Below, piece after piece: positions 22,216 to 35,910 of a stretch of DNA of 64,000 bases (positions are counted from its first letter, which is position 1; each line of letters opens with the position of its first letter). The stretch spans positions 310,001-374,000 of the forward strand of contig QPGO01000068.1 in the NCBI GenBank assembly GCA_008632985.1, read 5' to 3'. The notes under the pieces are model-generated. The model was not told the DNA's origin. It worked only from the letters and a program-made list of their open reading frames with translations, and did no database searches. This stretch comes from Psammoneis japonica. Its lineage: Eukaryota. Both the position numbers and the translations under genes were made by a program.

Positions 22216-24192
22216 TCATAATAACGGAGAGGTCACGTCAATGCTGCCCGTATTCTTCCCAGGAGGCAAATCGTCTCCGACTGGTCTTGGTGTCGAGGCA
22301 CAGCCTTTGGCCTTCTGAGTGCGGTTATCGCTTATTTCCAACTGCTCAATCGACGCTGTAAGATTCTGCGTCGTATCAGTGTTCGTGTCCTCTGGCTCAC
22401 AATCATCAGTCTCTTCGTCCCAAGACATGACATAATCTTCAGCTTCTTTCGTACTCATTGTTTTGACACCCATCCGGTCAAAAAACTCCTTAATTCGAAG
22501 TATGTCACGCTGCAGGAACTCTAGTGATGATGGATGCCGACGATCAACTGCTTGACCAAAGTCAATGAGCACAATCTGAACGGCGCTTGCGTCACTTTCG
22601 TTCTCAGGATCACGGTTTTCAACTAGCTGCGACGGACACACCAACACGTTGTATTCGCTCAGGTCACCGTGGACTAGACGTGCCTCATTATAAAGCCTAA
22701 CAAGGAGAACACAAAGCCGGTTGCAAGGTTGAGGAATGATTGGTGTCTCTCACAAAAAGGAAACTTAATGGTTGGCCAACATTACAACTCACCGTCGAAT
22801 CGCCTCCATGGTCTGAGTGTAAAGAGTTTTGAACTTTTTGCTTCCCTTCTTGAGGTTGACTTCTCTAAGCTGAGGGGACGGCCATCCATCTTCTCCTAGA
22901 AAACGCATAAACAGTATATTCTCCTTCTGGAGCAAAGGCGTTGGCACGGGGACACCTGCTCGGTTGGCCCTGGTCAGATTCCGAAACTCCTTCTCTGCCC
23001 AAATCTCTAGCTGTTCTCGACTAGACGCATTGTTAAACTTCCGGTCCATGTACCTGGGATCACCGTCCACATACGAATACCTTTCCTTGAACTCTTGGAT
23101 GCGTTTAAAGACCTTTATCGCCACATCGTAGCCACCACTCTCCGCGCCCTCGTTGGCATGGTACACAATCGCTTCCTTTCCTTCCTTGACGACTCCGTTA
23201 CACATTTCAATAAGACCACTGTTGATGGCTTTCATAATCTGGGTTCGTACTCTGGAATCCATACCTCCCTGTTTGGTCTTATCCACGTCCGCGGTAGCTC
23301 GTCCATGTCCATGCGCGGCTACTCCCTTGTGGGTGCCGCGTTTCATGCTTTGCTTAAAGGCATTGTATGCCCTGTTCCCCACGTGAAGGGGTGCGTCATC
23401 AACCAGTCCCAACCGATGAGCGTTGGCTTGACTAGCAATCTCTGCATCATGCTTAGTCCGCACTTCCTGATTCGGTCCAACAATGGTGGCTCGGTCGAGA
23501 CGTGACCACTCCTTGGATGGCGTCATGGAATTCATCCTAAAGCCAGCCTCCTTAAAGTCTTCCTCTTCCTCATAGTCTACATACTGACGATTCTTGCTGG
23601 ATGCATGCTCTTGCCACATTTCTTGTCGAGTCATGACTCGAACGTGAGAATCTCCGTGGCTTCCAGAACGCTTTCGAGACAGAGCCTCTTCTTCGTTCTG
23701 CAAACGAATAGCCAAAGACAAGGATTCGTCTTCGTTCGCCTTGTCAGCTTCATTCAAGGCCTTTTCAATCTGCTCAAGCTCCTCTTGTGTGAGACCCGAG
23801 TCGGAAGGAAGTGACGCTGCTGCAGTAGCTGAAACGCTCGTGTCAGCTGCGGCTTGTTCAGGCAAATCGCCAGCATTCTCCTGCAGAGACAAGGCCATGG
23901 CCAATCGCATGTCTTCGTCCATGCCCTCCATGGAAGCTTCCATTGCAAGTCGCAGTTGCGCGTCTTCGTGTTCCTTGACTTCTCGTTCTGCTTGATCGAT
24001 TTTTGCTTGATTCTCCTCTTGCGCCATGATGGAAGCCAAGCTAGCGGGAGCACCCGTCGCTGTTGCAGACGGGGCCCACATTTTCTTCTTTGCTGGAGAC
24101 GCCTCCTCCTCCTTTACAACAGCAACTCGTTCGTCCTCTGTCACTGAGGGAGATGGATGAACAATAGTATCGGACGTTTCAGTTGCAGACAT
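22216..24192 (-). CDS. RIOK3: RIO-family atypical Ser/Thr kinase, RIOK3-like, with N-terminal UIM-like helices
   Basis: GKEAIVYHA, AIKVFK, WAEKEFRNL, VHGDLSEYNVL (after intron 22792-22697) and IDFGQAV. The N-terminus has LRLAMEASM, MRLAMALSLQ and a TKHD motif. Confidence 0.88.
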
Positions 24193-24619
24193 TGTGTTTA
24201 CTTGGTCAAATAATTGTGGCAAGCCGAAGTAAGTCCGAAGTGTTGAAAGTCGAAAGTGTTGTTGTGTTGAAACGCGCGCGCGTGGGATTCATTTTCATTC
24301 CTTATTCGATGCCCCCAAAACGTCATGACGTCATCTGGACGTCACCTTGAACGCCCTTCAGCAGCACTGCGCAGTGGTGCAGTTGCACAGTTTTGTTTTG
24401 TGTTGTTTCAGAGAATCTGCAAGTAAGGTTACAGCAGGTCCAGAAGTAGATGAGGAAGAGGACTGCTCTCCACTCTAGCAGGTAGAAGAGAGTGGCTTCT
24501 CTTGTCTCTCTGGTGGTGAGAGAGAGATGCCAAGGCAGCGGAGCGAGCAGAGCCAAGAACACTCGTGACGAGCCAAGAACGCGTGACGTTGGTGGAGAGC
24601 AGCACGTTCAAACAATTAA

Positions 24620-25700
24620 AATGGCAAAAGATTGTGACCACACTTGGCACTTTTGAAATTTCTGCATGTTGCTGGCACATCATCAAGACCATGTGTGCAA
24701 AATGGCGCGCTGCTGCCAACCTCGGAGCTGCAGCGAGGAAGGCGCGGCCAGTCGCAAAAGAGGCTGTTGGCTCTAACGGCAACTGTGTTTCCACACACAG
24801 CTGCTGAATCTCCAAAAAAGTCATCTCTGCCATTGCCACTGGGCACTGTCAGTTTCTCTTGCAGCTTCCAAATTCCTTTGGCATGAATGAAAACCTGGGC
24901 ACTTCTGGCTTTGCCTCTGTCTTTTGACTCATCTCCACAAACTCCAGCAACAATCATCGTGTCATTGTGGGTTGATGCACTGAAACCAAGTTGGTCATTG
25001 GCAGATGGATTTTGTGTGCACAGCTCCTCATCAAACTTCCGCTGTCTGCCGCTGTCTTGCTTGTGGTGCAGAGAAGCACTTCTTTTGGCCAATGTCCTTG
25101 ATCATTGTCTCTCATTGCCACAACCATGAATCAACTTTCATGAATTGAAACTCTTGAGCCAAACATGTTGCCACTTGGAGTGGTGTCCTGCACAACAATC
25201 TTTGTCTTTTGCTTCGCGAACCACACTTTCTATTTTCTTGCAGTCACACAGACACAAGCACTGCCAGAGTCTTTGCCACTGTGGTTGTCTCCACCATCAG
25301 CACCAACAACAAGGGTCTTGTCATGCATGGAGATGCTGGCGCCACTTCTGCCACTGTCGTGGTCGTTCTCGCGGGCACCAACGGCAGCGCTGACTCCAGA
25401 AATTGCCGCACACAGCAGCCAAGCACACGCCGCCTTGATCTCTGTCAGAAGAGGTGAGAATGGCCTTCTTTGCCCATTCAGTGCCAACATGGGCAAAAGC
25501 ACAGGCCTTTTTCTGAGGCAATTCTCATTTCTTGGAATTGGGTGATTGTCAATGTTCTTCCAATCTCCAGGAGCTCCCACAACAAGTGTGTGTTTCCTGA
25601 AAAAGCCAGTGCGGCCAAGCCAAATCGGTCCCCTGGTCTGCCATCTGAGCCTTGAATTTCAGCTTGCAGCTTCCACATTCTCCATTCTTGGATTGCAGGT
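24620..25700 (-). pseudogene. Degenerate FG-GAP (integrin-alpha-like beta-propeller) repeat gene
   Basis: WKLQAEIQGSDGRPGDRFGL, TLVVGADGGDNHSGKDSGSACV, WKLQEKLTVPSGNGRDDFFGDSAAVCGNTVAV. Frameshifted and TpA-depleted. Confidence 0.8.
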
Positions 25701-25992
25701 GTAAAAATGCTTCCACCACCGTCGTTGAAGATTCGGTGACGTTGGGGGCTTCAGAGACGCTGTGCGACGGGTAAGATCGTCGTAGGCTCATAACCTCATA
25801 ATGACTCGTTCCGATTCCCGAGTCAGTCACGAGTCACGAATTGCTCACAGCTCACAGCTCACAGCCCATGGCCCCTGGCCTCCGCCGCCGCTGTTTTGGC
25901 CGCCGCCTGCTTATATCGTATGGTCAGGTAGTTTTGTAATGATCTCCCTTTCAGGTAGCAGCTGTGTCATCAAATGCCGAGACTCATAGACT

Positions 25993-28900
25993 ATGGAAGC
26001 GACGAAATCAAGCAGAAAGCGACGCTCCCCAAACAAGGGCTTTCGGAGAGGATTTCTTCTTGGCCCTTCAGCCACGTCAAGAACACAACAGCAACGCAGT
26101 CGACGTACCGGGGGCTCTGTCCATTCCATAGAAAGACTCAAGAATCGAGACAACGATGAAGAGAGAAATGTGTGTAGCGATCTCTTGCAATTTGAAGATG
26201 AGGAGCAACGAGCAACTCCCAACGAGAAACAGGACACGCATCCCTTTTGGATTCTTTCAAGCGACGGTAACGACGAAAACGATCAACAGGACGAGCCGAT
26301 ACAAGAACAACAACCAATTATTCCCTTTATCTCATCAAATGATAGCAAGGATGATGGCTTTCGAATGGAGGTGGTCTCCACCAAATCGCGCAAGCGCCAG
26401 AGTAGCAGTTCTTCTCCGCTGATTCAAGAAGTATCTCCGCAGACTGAGAAAACACTTGAGCCAACATCCAGAAGCCCAAGCCATGATTCCACTCAATTAA
26501 CAAAGGAAGACACAAACGGTGGGCATCCGATGGCAAGTGGGCCCTTAATGGTTGAAGTACTGGAACCTGCTTCAATGCCGCGGGGAGCAACAAGAAACGA
26601 GGACGGTGAAGAAACAGATGACGGCCGAGTCGAAGCCACAGGACGACAACACGGCGACTCAACAGTGGATATTTCTTCCCTACGAGTAGCTCTTTCACGT
26701 GTTCTTTGGCAAATACAACGACAGTCCAATAAACATGAGAAGGAAATCATTGCTCGTGATTTTGTTTCGCAACAAGAGCTTTCGTCTCGTTCTCAACTCG
26801 AATACATATGGGATTCCATTCTAGAGGCTTGTGCTACGAGAGACGCGGATTCTAGTGTGCCTGAAGTGCAACTAGCCCTGGCCATAATACAAGGTGCACC
26901 GGATGGACTCTCGAGCCTCTCCGCCTTTCTTGCTCCAACAACCGAGGAGAGGTCAAGGGTTTTGGCCATGGGAGCTATACTTGTTTTGCAGTGCCAGCTG
27001 GATTGCATTACTACTGAAGAGCGTGAAGAAGATTCATCTACACGGCACATTGGTACATTATTGGATTTGATTTTTCCCAGCCTGATCAACGTTGTCGTAC
27101 AGTCGGCGTCCTCACAGCGGAAAACCGTCTTGTCTCATCATTGCACGGTGGTGAGCTCTGAAGTGTTGACTCTTGCCTCCAAAGTCGCATGTCGAAAAGC
27201 AGATGATGTCGTCCTATTGCAATCGGTGTACAAGACATTGTCACCGGTGGAGAAACTCGTAAAGGTCCACCAAAAGTGGCTAGGAGTGTCATCTTTGACG
27301 GAACATAATTTTGCGAACCTTTCCCACGATGCCTCTCGCAAGCACTGCACAATGGCTGTCTTCCAGGATTGGCTGCGAGTGATAAAGATTTGCGAAACTG
27401 AGTACCAGGACCTGTGCTTAGAGGGAAGTGACCAACAAAATTCGATGGTCAGCGTCGCACATTACTGGGCAGAACAAGCAGGCGGCGTTCAACTAGAAGA
27501 GATTGCGAGCGTGGGCAGTTTGGCTCAAACGTTTGGTTCAGACCGACAAAGACTTGCCCCAGGCGATGTGATGAAGTGTCTCGAAGCCGCCTGCGGTCTA
27601 ATGCAGTTGAGTCGAGAGGAAGAGAATCCGGACCAAGTCGAATCTATCCAGGATCGACTATGCTCAGTCCTTCGAGGAGTTACTGCGTGGCTGGGTCAAA
27701 GCAAAAAGAACTTGCGTCGGTTGGCCAAAATGTCGATTGCCGACAAATCTCACGACGAGAATTCAAACAGCATTCATCGCGCCATGGAGCTTTTAATGAA
27801 TCTTCTACGGTGCAACTCGGAAAAGAGCACGAACCTAGTTCTAGCTTGTTTGTGAGTCATCTCGTTGTGTTTGCCCCGTGACCTCCTTGTAGCAAGTCTT
27901 CTGATACCTTGCTGTGCATTTTCTCTCGCTCGTGCGCACATAGGAACTACTTGTGGGCCGACTCGGAAGGGCTTCCTCCGGATTTTCTGCAACAACCGGA
28001 CGCTGTTACCAGCAAAGGCGGAGTACCTCCATCCTTTGGCTTGTTGTTGGACGAATTGAAGTCGACAGTCTCGGCAACACATGACGTTATAGGCGAGGCT
28101 GATGCCAGCTTTGAGCTTGACCCGTCAACGAAGGCATTGAGTTTGATAGTTTCGCGGTGCATAATACGGAAAGGAAAGCCTCTTCTCGACGAAACAATGT
28201 CTCGAAATGGCGTAAATGACGCGACAGTGGAAGTGTTAGCTTTGCTGATTTCTCAAACTATATCCGCTTCAGCCGACCTCGAAGCAGAGGATTCACTAGC
28301 AAACCAAGCTGGAACAATACTTCTGAACGGAATACGATCCAATCCCTCTGTCAGAAGAAAACTAAGAAATTCACCTGCTCTGCTCTCCGGACTTCCGTTG
28401 AAGCTTACTGTGCCCAAGCTTATTCAGATATTGGCCGAGGAAATACAATCGGGTAAGGATGTTGTAGCTGTTGTTACGGCATCGCTCACACAAATTTTGG
28501 AAATGAATAAGGCACACTTGAAAAAATTGATATCAGTTTTGATTGATTCGCTTCTTCAGATCAAACCCATCGGTGAAGAATCAAATCTGATCGAAAAACT
28601 ATGCGCCAGCTTTGGCGGCAGCTGGAGGCGTTCTTTGCTGAGGGACTCAAGCTTTGGAGAAGATGGCTTATCAGTCGTCTTAGTTGAGATCGGTAAAACC
28701 ATGTTCTCCATGCCAGCAATCCTTGCACCTCTTACTCTGTTTGGGTCCATCGTTGGCGACGAACTCAGTCTTAGTGAAGCATCCAACACCGAGCGTCGAC
28801 GTGTTGACTTGGCCACTTTAGCCCTGTTAAGGTTGAGTTTGAGTGCGCTTGACGCACTGCAGGCTCCTAGTAGTATCGTGGAAGGAGAAGGGGGCGCGAG

Positions 28901-30290
28901 CAGTGAGTCTGTAGAGTTTGATCGAATCTCGCCTCTTTTGCTTCTGCGGCGCCTACCAAGCATATATTATCGAATTTCGTCACAGATGCATGCCAAGGAC
29001 AACGAGCGAGTCTTTGATTGTTTGCTTGACAAATTGTGCAACATACTTGAGCTCCGTCTTGAAATTGAATCTTCTGGTAACACTACCTTCACTGAAGATG
29101 AACGGCGGCTCTCTGCCGAAATAGCTGGGCGTTGTCTACCTTACTACGCTGACGGTGAACCAACACCACCTCCGTGTTGCTTTGATCGAATATGTACACC
29201 AGCTTTTGGTAAGGCACTGGCAGCGTTAGGAGATGTTTCATGTACCAGTCAAGAGTCGTTTCGGAGAGCAATGCGCGCATCAAGGGCCGCTGTGTATGCA
29301 ACTTGCCACTACTTATCCAATGCTCATGACGACGACAATGGAAAAGGCTTGCTAACAACCGCGTCCTTCGCTCTCAAGATGTTGGCGATGGAGCCGCATG
29401 GAGATAATTTGGGAACTGAATCGATAGATGACGAAGATATGATTCAGTTGCAAACTGGTTGTATAGAGTTCTTTGCAGTTTGCCTCGAATCTCTGCTCCA
29501 ACGAAACCTGGAGCACCAGCGTGCTTCGTCCGAACACTTGGTGATAGAGTTGCCGTCGCGAAGGATTGAGCTTGTACGTGACGGGAGAACTGGCACAAAC
29601 ACACTTCGTGCACTATCTAGAATTTCAAGCACCCTAATGGACATTGTGCGAACGGGTATTTCCGACAGCAAGTGGATCGACAGTTGTGACGCTTTGTTTG
29701 AAGCGGGGACGCGACGTTCAACTAGCAGAGACACTAGACGGCAGTTTTCTACTCCACCCCGAACCTGCCTATTGAATTCGTTTCTAGTTGTTTCGCAACG
29801 CATATCAAAACACGGTGGCAAACTCGACGAATGGGCATCCATGACTGGTCCATGGATACTTGAGTGGGGTAATGGAGGCAAAGTTGATTTGGATTTGCGT
29901 CATCCTCTCTGTATGGCAGCTGCGTTACAGATTACCTTTGTGCTGATAACAAGGACAAAGTCATTTGATTCTTTGTCTGGTAAACCACCCGACAGAGAAA
30001 AGCAACGCATTGTGATACGTCTGGCTTACAAGTGGGCATTGGAATCATTGAAGTCTAATATAAACGGCGTTGGTGAGTATTCAGCAAGTGCCATGAGGAC
30101 AGCTGCACTCAAGCTCATGCTTGCAATCGTTACGATAGATTTGATAGAGGATGGTAGCACGTGGCAAGGGTGTTTAGGTCCTGGAGATTTAGGCGAGAGT
30201 TTTTCGATCCTTCAGGGAGCGGCAAACATGGATTCCGACGAGAATGTTCGACAGCTTTCTTCTCAAGTTCTCGCACGTATGCTAGCGTGA
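25993..30290 (+). CDS. Large hypothetical protein (about 1400 aa; disordered N-terminus, Leu-rich helical remainder)
   Basis: The 620-aa and 793-aa ORFs join in frame over a GT-AG intron at 27852-27943. Normal composition; no recognisable catalytic motif. Confidence 0.8.
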
Positions 30291-30739
30291 AGACCAAGAA
30301 AGCTGAACGAATCGAAGATTATGCGATGAGGCCATGGACTTTTCACGCTAGCTACTAAGTAGACGAGCACGAACTAATGACTGCAGTGTTTCGGCGGACT
30401 GACGGCAACTGTGTACCTCTCTACTGTAGAAGTAAGTAGAAGTAGTCTCTTCGTAACCTGCCGAAGTAGCCGCTACTCTCTAGTAGAGCTGCCAGTCTGT
30501 TGACCACACACATCATGGCGCATACATCTACGCGAAAGCCGACATTGTAGTAAGAACGACTATCTAATGAGAATAAATAAATAGCCCTCGAGACCTGGAA
30601 CCTTGCAAGTCCTTTTGACTAATCGTTTTTCTTGTACTTTGGAAAAACCTATAGACTACCTTCCATGGATGCTTTAACCGACCCTATTCCAACTTCTGCA
30701 AAGCGACGAAACTATATCTTTGCTCGTCTTACTGAAGTT

Positions 30740-30985
30740 AACATGCAGACTACTGTTGTTCACGAGATCAAGGCCTCCCAGAGCGGAGGAGGTGAAACAG
30801 CACTATGCGATTTCCGCAAGGTATTTCGCGACGTTTCGCCCGAGCTGCGTCAAAAGATTCTAACAAAGAGAATCAAGTACTCCAGGAAGCACCACAAGGT
30901 TGGAGACTATTTCACGTACGATGTTGCCGCCATGCTTGGATGGCCCGAACTCTTTCAAAAGATCAAGAATGAAGGAAGAAAATAG
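30740..30985 (+). pseudogene. Fragment of a TauD/TfdA-like 2-oxoglutarate dioxygenase gene
   Basis: GGGETALCDFRKVFRDVSPELRQK...IKYSR...GWPELF resembles the central TauD segment. No upstream HxD or downstream His segment seen. Confidence 0.5.
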
Positions 30986-31081
30986 ACCAGCCCATAATTT
31001 CTATTAAACTCTTACGTTGAGCGTGAAAGCCCATACCGGCAGGTTCCAACATTGTCCCCCGAATATTTTTAAAACAGTTCA

Positions 31082-31684
31082 TTAGAGCATGACCCATTCC
31101 CCATTCATAAACGTTTGATCTGCCAGACACTCGGGATGAAGCTCCGCAAGCACTTTAGATTCCTTCATGTGTTTCCATCCTTCCTTGGCATGAACCATCA
31201 AGGGATCATCAGAAGGAGGGAATTCATCTTTCTCCAAGTGAGGAGCCATGAGCGACACAACTATACATGCTTGTTCGTCGGTCAAACCATGAACTTCCTC
31301 GAGATCTGCTTCCCACTTTCTGCCGGCGTCCGCTGCTGAGCGAATCTTGAAATGGATTTCCGTAGGCTTTTTCTCCTTACGCTGCTTCTTCGCCTTCCTC
31401 TTACTATCGGACTTGGATGAAGGCGAGGTGACGTTGGTACTCGAGATTGATAAAGACTCCGACTCCTTACTGCGTTTCGAGCGCGTTAGCAACGGCGGTG
31501 GCATCATTGAAGACATCGTTGGGCCCTTTGCCGTTGGCCCTCCAACAAGAGCATTGGTGCCTTGTCCAGCCTCGCTGCTGCAGCCTTCTTGCAAGGAACT
31601 GATAGACGCTCGAGCTTGCGTGTCCATTGGTCTCGATATGGTTGGTGCTGAGGTCGTACTGGAGGACATACAGTAGTTGGGCAT
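31082..31684 (-). CDS. Hypothetical protein, 200 aa, Ser/Lys-rich with possible NLS
   Basis: ATG-initiated ORF in normal-composition DNA; contains KRKAKKQRKEKK; no homology recognised. Confidence 0.5.
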   Translation of the reverse strand: MPNYCMSSSTTSAPTISRPMDTQARASISSLQEGCSSEAGQGTNALVGGPTAKGPTMSSMMPPPLLTRSKRSKESESLSISSTNVTSPSSKSDSKRKAKKQRKEKKPTEIHFKIRSAADAGRKWEADLEEVHGLTDEQACIVVSLMAPHLEKDEFPPSDDPLMVHAKEGWKHMKESKVLAELHPECLADQTFMNGEWVML

Positions 31685-32949
31685 GCCGTCGCCATCGTCA
31701 TTTTTGTTTTCTTTTTCTTCCGTTTTGGGTTTTGGATGGAGCGTTCTTTGATGATTTTCTTTGGAGAGTGCAGCAACGAATCATTCGACTCAAACACTTT
31801 GCTGACGTCACAGCCCGCGCGTCGACTTACTTACTACTCCCAACTGCCATACGGTAGCTGCTAGCTAGAGAGAGAGTTCACTTTAGTGTCTCTACTTTCC
31901 TGGGCCCACTAGAGCTAGCTGGGCGTTGCCAGCTGATCGATCAGTTGCATCTTAGATTGATGCCGAAATGGATCAACCTGAACCCCCTACACTTGGTTGT
32001 GGATGCTGAAGGATCGAGGTGTGGTTCATCTTTGTTGGTGTGTGATTTCACAATTTTGGGTGTGTTTCACCACTGTGATTTTTTGAAATCTAAATCCCAG
32101 CACGACTTTCAAGGGAGGACCATGGGTTGGTGCATTCATCCAGAGGTCTAAGGTGCTGCATGCACCGGAGGAGGGTCAGATGGCACATTGACTTAAGCAC
32201 ACTCATGCTGGCAGAGGCAACAGCGCCATGTCAGAGCTCTTCCAGGACCCTCCATGATGCCTCAAAGCCCTCTGGGAAGGTCACAAAATCACCAGGCTGT
32301 GCAATCACAACCTTGGACTTGGAAGATTTGAGTGTTTGTCAAATGATGCAGACAACAAAGTCACAACAAAGGTGCAAAAATGGGGGTGCCAGCAACAACA
32401 GCAACAGACGGGGATGATGCATCACATTGCTGCTGCTGCTGTCAGTGAGGTGTTGCTGTTGTCATTGTTGCTGCATGAGTGGGTGCAAGCTGCCAAGTTC
32501 TCACTCTGACACACTCATGCTGGAACACACTGTCCAGCAAAGATGGCAAATGTGCTCAACAATCATTTTTGTTGGTGTGCGTTGACACATTTTGTCATCC
32601 AAAGAATGCAGAAAGTGCCATCTCCGGCATCTGTCACAAATTAGCCCAGCACTGAAAACTGCATGGGAGTGCATGAGACAATCCAAAACCATTTCATCTG
32701 GAGCTGCAACATGTCATCTCTGGCACATCTTGAGGACTGTCACATTGCTTGGGTGCACACCATCCACCCACGCCAAACCTTGTGGGCACCAGCTGCTCAT
32801 TGGGACTGGGTGAAATGCAGAGACAAGAGAAGCATCAAAAACAGCAGCTGCTTCTTGTGCCTCCTTTTGCCACCTCCACAACCCTCTTTTGCAAAATTGC
32901 CCTCCTTGTCCATCAGCAGACTGCATTGGCACAGCTTCAAGGCAGCCAA

Positions 32950-33720
32950 TCTTCCTTCCAAAACAACCTGTGACAGGTCCATTGGCCCTGGGTCAGCCTC
33001 TGGCTACACACATCCATGTGATCACAAGCTGTCCCATGGGCTTGGCATTCAATCTAAAATTGAGTTCTCCTCCAGCCAAAGAGAAGCTCTTTGTCATCAA
33101 ATTTGTGTGTGTTCTTCCTGAAAAAAAGCATTGACGACATGAGGGTTGCCTCTGACAGCTTTGCAGCAATGGGCTGCCTTCTCTTTCATGGAACCAAGCT
33201 GTCATGGACAGAGTTGCAAACCAACAAGTGAAGGTCAGCCCAGTGACTGTCAGTGGCTGAAAATGTGAGCCACCACCACACTGTGGGCACTCCACTCAGG
33301 TCTGTCAAAGCCTCAAGCTCTTTCTTCTTCTTTTCCCACTTCATTTTTTTTCTTCTTTTTCTTCTTGCAAAAGCAGAAATCAATGCCACTTGCACTGAAC
33401 TTCTGCACATGTTGGAAACAATTTCTTTGAAGTGTTGTCCACTCTCTTGGACAATGTCATCTTTCAGTTTTTTCTTGGTGAGCTGGGTGTCATCTGGGCT
33501 CTCATGCAGGTGCATGTTCTTTTGATCCTGGCAGACACTCGCAACAATGCCAAGCAGCATTCTTGGTCCAGTGCATCCACTGCTGTGATGAGCAAATGGA
33601 GATGCACCCCACTCCCCAGCCTTGTTGTCAAAAGGCACATGCCACATGCAGACATTGGCAGGGTGACCATTGTTTTTCATTGACCTCTTGGACAATGGAA
33701 GTGGGGTCAATCAAATGCAC
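32950..33720 (-). mobile_element. Helitron Rep-domain remnant
   Basis: GVPTVWWWLTFSATDSHWADL resembles the Helitron PTxFxTxSxADxxW motif. IECQAHGT (about 33025-33055) resembles the EY/FQxRG Rep motif. Confidence 0.6.
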
Positions 33721-34659
33721 ACAGCACTTGAAACATTGACATGCTCTCGCTGTCTCCTGGATGAGGGCAAATCAGATGGTTGACACAACCCACCAGGTGA
33801 GACATCCTTGCTCTCCTGGTGCTGGTGTGGATTCTGCTGTGATTCCAACAGTGGTCAATGCATGTGGCAGATGACTTGAACAAGCTGCCTGGGCTGTGTT
33901 TTTGCAGCCTTTGAGCTGCCAGGGCTTGGAGACCTCACCCTGCAAGACATTGCAGCCAGGTTCTGTTTGTTTGCAAATTGGGAAAGTGCAAAAGAAGAAA
34001 ATCTGTTGCCACCAGAAACCCAACAACACAGTGTTGCCATCCATGTGCCCCATGTCCCATGTCCTCCTTGCAGTTGCAATTTTGTCAAGCACTGCAACCA
34101 CGCATTGATCAAGCACCAATGATGCAGAGTGGTGCATCAGAATCTCCCTGGGTGGTGCTGACACATCTGAAGAGAACAACATTTGTGCTTGGAGTTAACA
34201 TGTGCAGCACATCTCACCCAAGAAGGTTGACAAATTCCCAGTTTTCTGCCATGTGAGATTTGACAGAGCTTGCACTTGCCAGCAGGAGTGGCACAAATGA
34301 CATTGTTGATGGACCAGTGGGCAATGATTCAGAATCTGATTCAATGGGTGCAAGCCAAGACTCTCAGATGGATGCTGGCCAAACTTTGAAAAAATGGATG
34401 ATGTGTCTGCTTTCTCTGAAGGAAACAATCTATCAAGTGTGCAATGGTCAACAATGTTTTGGAGCTTTTGAGTGCAGCTGTCTGGAATTTGATGGGTGGG
34501 ATGAGAAAGCAGAGCAACAGCAAGAACGTCTCTGTCTGAACCTTGTTGATCAAGCTTCAAGGTGTCAAGTTTCTTTCAAGTTGCTCAATGAATGACAGTG
34601 TCTGGCTCACCATGTTTGCAGCTGCAAGTGCTGTTGTTGGCTTGGAGACAGCAAACAAA

Positions 34660-35260
34660 AGTGCACTCTCCTTTCGTCCAGAAGGGAGGGACAGGAAACT
34701 CTTTTGCAGTTTGTGCAGTTGTGCCAGTGCTCTCTGGGGCTGTGGACTTCCAGCAAGCAGAGCCATGCTCTTGTGACAACAACAGCTGGAATGGTGGCTG
34801 CAGTCATTGGCAGATCTGCAGCACACACTCTCATCAAGAGGGATGCTGGAAATGTGGCCTGCACATGGCAAGAAAAGGGCCACTTGATTGCAACCCAAAA
34901 TCTCACTTGAGCTCAAGACAAGTTTGTGAATCTCAAGCTTTTGATTCTTGATGAGTTGTGTGCCAAAGGAAACTTGTTTGTGTTGACCCCCCAGGTTGTG
35001 CAAAGTTGAAGGTGTCAACAAGCCATTCAACAGAGTTGTTGCAGTGTGTTGGCTGGTGATCCTGGGCAATTTGTCACTGACAAGGGAGTGTTGTTTGTGG
35101 GAAGTGGCTGGGTGTGTGAGCAACTCTGAAGTGGAACACAGGCAAGTTCAAAATTTCATTCTCTGCTCTTTTGTGACAAAGCAAATTGGCGTGCATGTTT
35201 TGACATTTTGAAAGAGGGTCCCTGCTGTCCAAATGGTTTGATGCAAGCAAATTTTGGTCC
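34660..35260 (+). mobile_element. PIF1-type helicase remnant (Helitron-like)
   Basis: In order: GGTGNSF (decayed Walker A), LVTTTAGMVAAVIGRSAAH, KFVNLKLLILDEL, KPFN...LAGDPGQ, with frameshifts. Confidence 0.7.
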
Positions 35261-35369
35261 TGGTGCAGCAGAAGACGACAATGGGCACAGAGCCCATGTG
35301 AGGTCATGAGTTGAGTCCATGGCATTGTCACTCCAATTGTCCATTGACAGCCACCCTTGCTCATTTTTG

Positions 35370-35910
35370 ATTGCCGTGGTGTTGCTGTGGCTTCAAGCAG
35401 GTCAGACGGAGGTGTTGGTGTTGCACCAGATGCTCAAATTGTTGCTGTCAAAGCTCCCTTTGGCTCAACTGACACCAGTGCTGGCTCCCTTGCATCCTTT
35501 GTTGCTGCATTGGATTGTGTCATGAATGACCCTCAACTGAATGTGAAGGTCACGTTGGGAGTGGTTTGCAGTCCAGTGTCTGCAATGACACAGATGCCTT
35601 GAGAACACTTGAAGCTGAGGCAAAATCAATGCTCTGTGCAACAAAGGAGTTGTTGCTGTTGCTTCAGCAGGAAACCAGGAAAGTTCTGTGGAGGTGTCAT
35701 TGCCAGCCTGCCTTGGTGACATTCTTGTGTCTGTCATGGCATCGGACAATGACAATGATGCCATGGACTTTACAAACAGCAACCAGCTCACCTGCATGTT
35801 TGCTCTCCATGTCAGGGTCTGACCTTCTGTGCCAGGAAACTTGCTGGCAAGCTTTGGCGGAACCAGCATGAGCTCTCCAATGGCAGCTGGCTGCACTGTT
35901 CCATTGACTG
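35370..35910 (+). pseudogene. Subtilisin-family (S8) protease remnant
   Basis: GVGVAPDAQIVAVK, GVVAVASAGN and GGTSMSSPMAAG in the correct order; disrupted and TpA-depleted. Confidence 0.75.
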
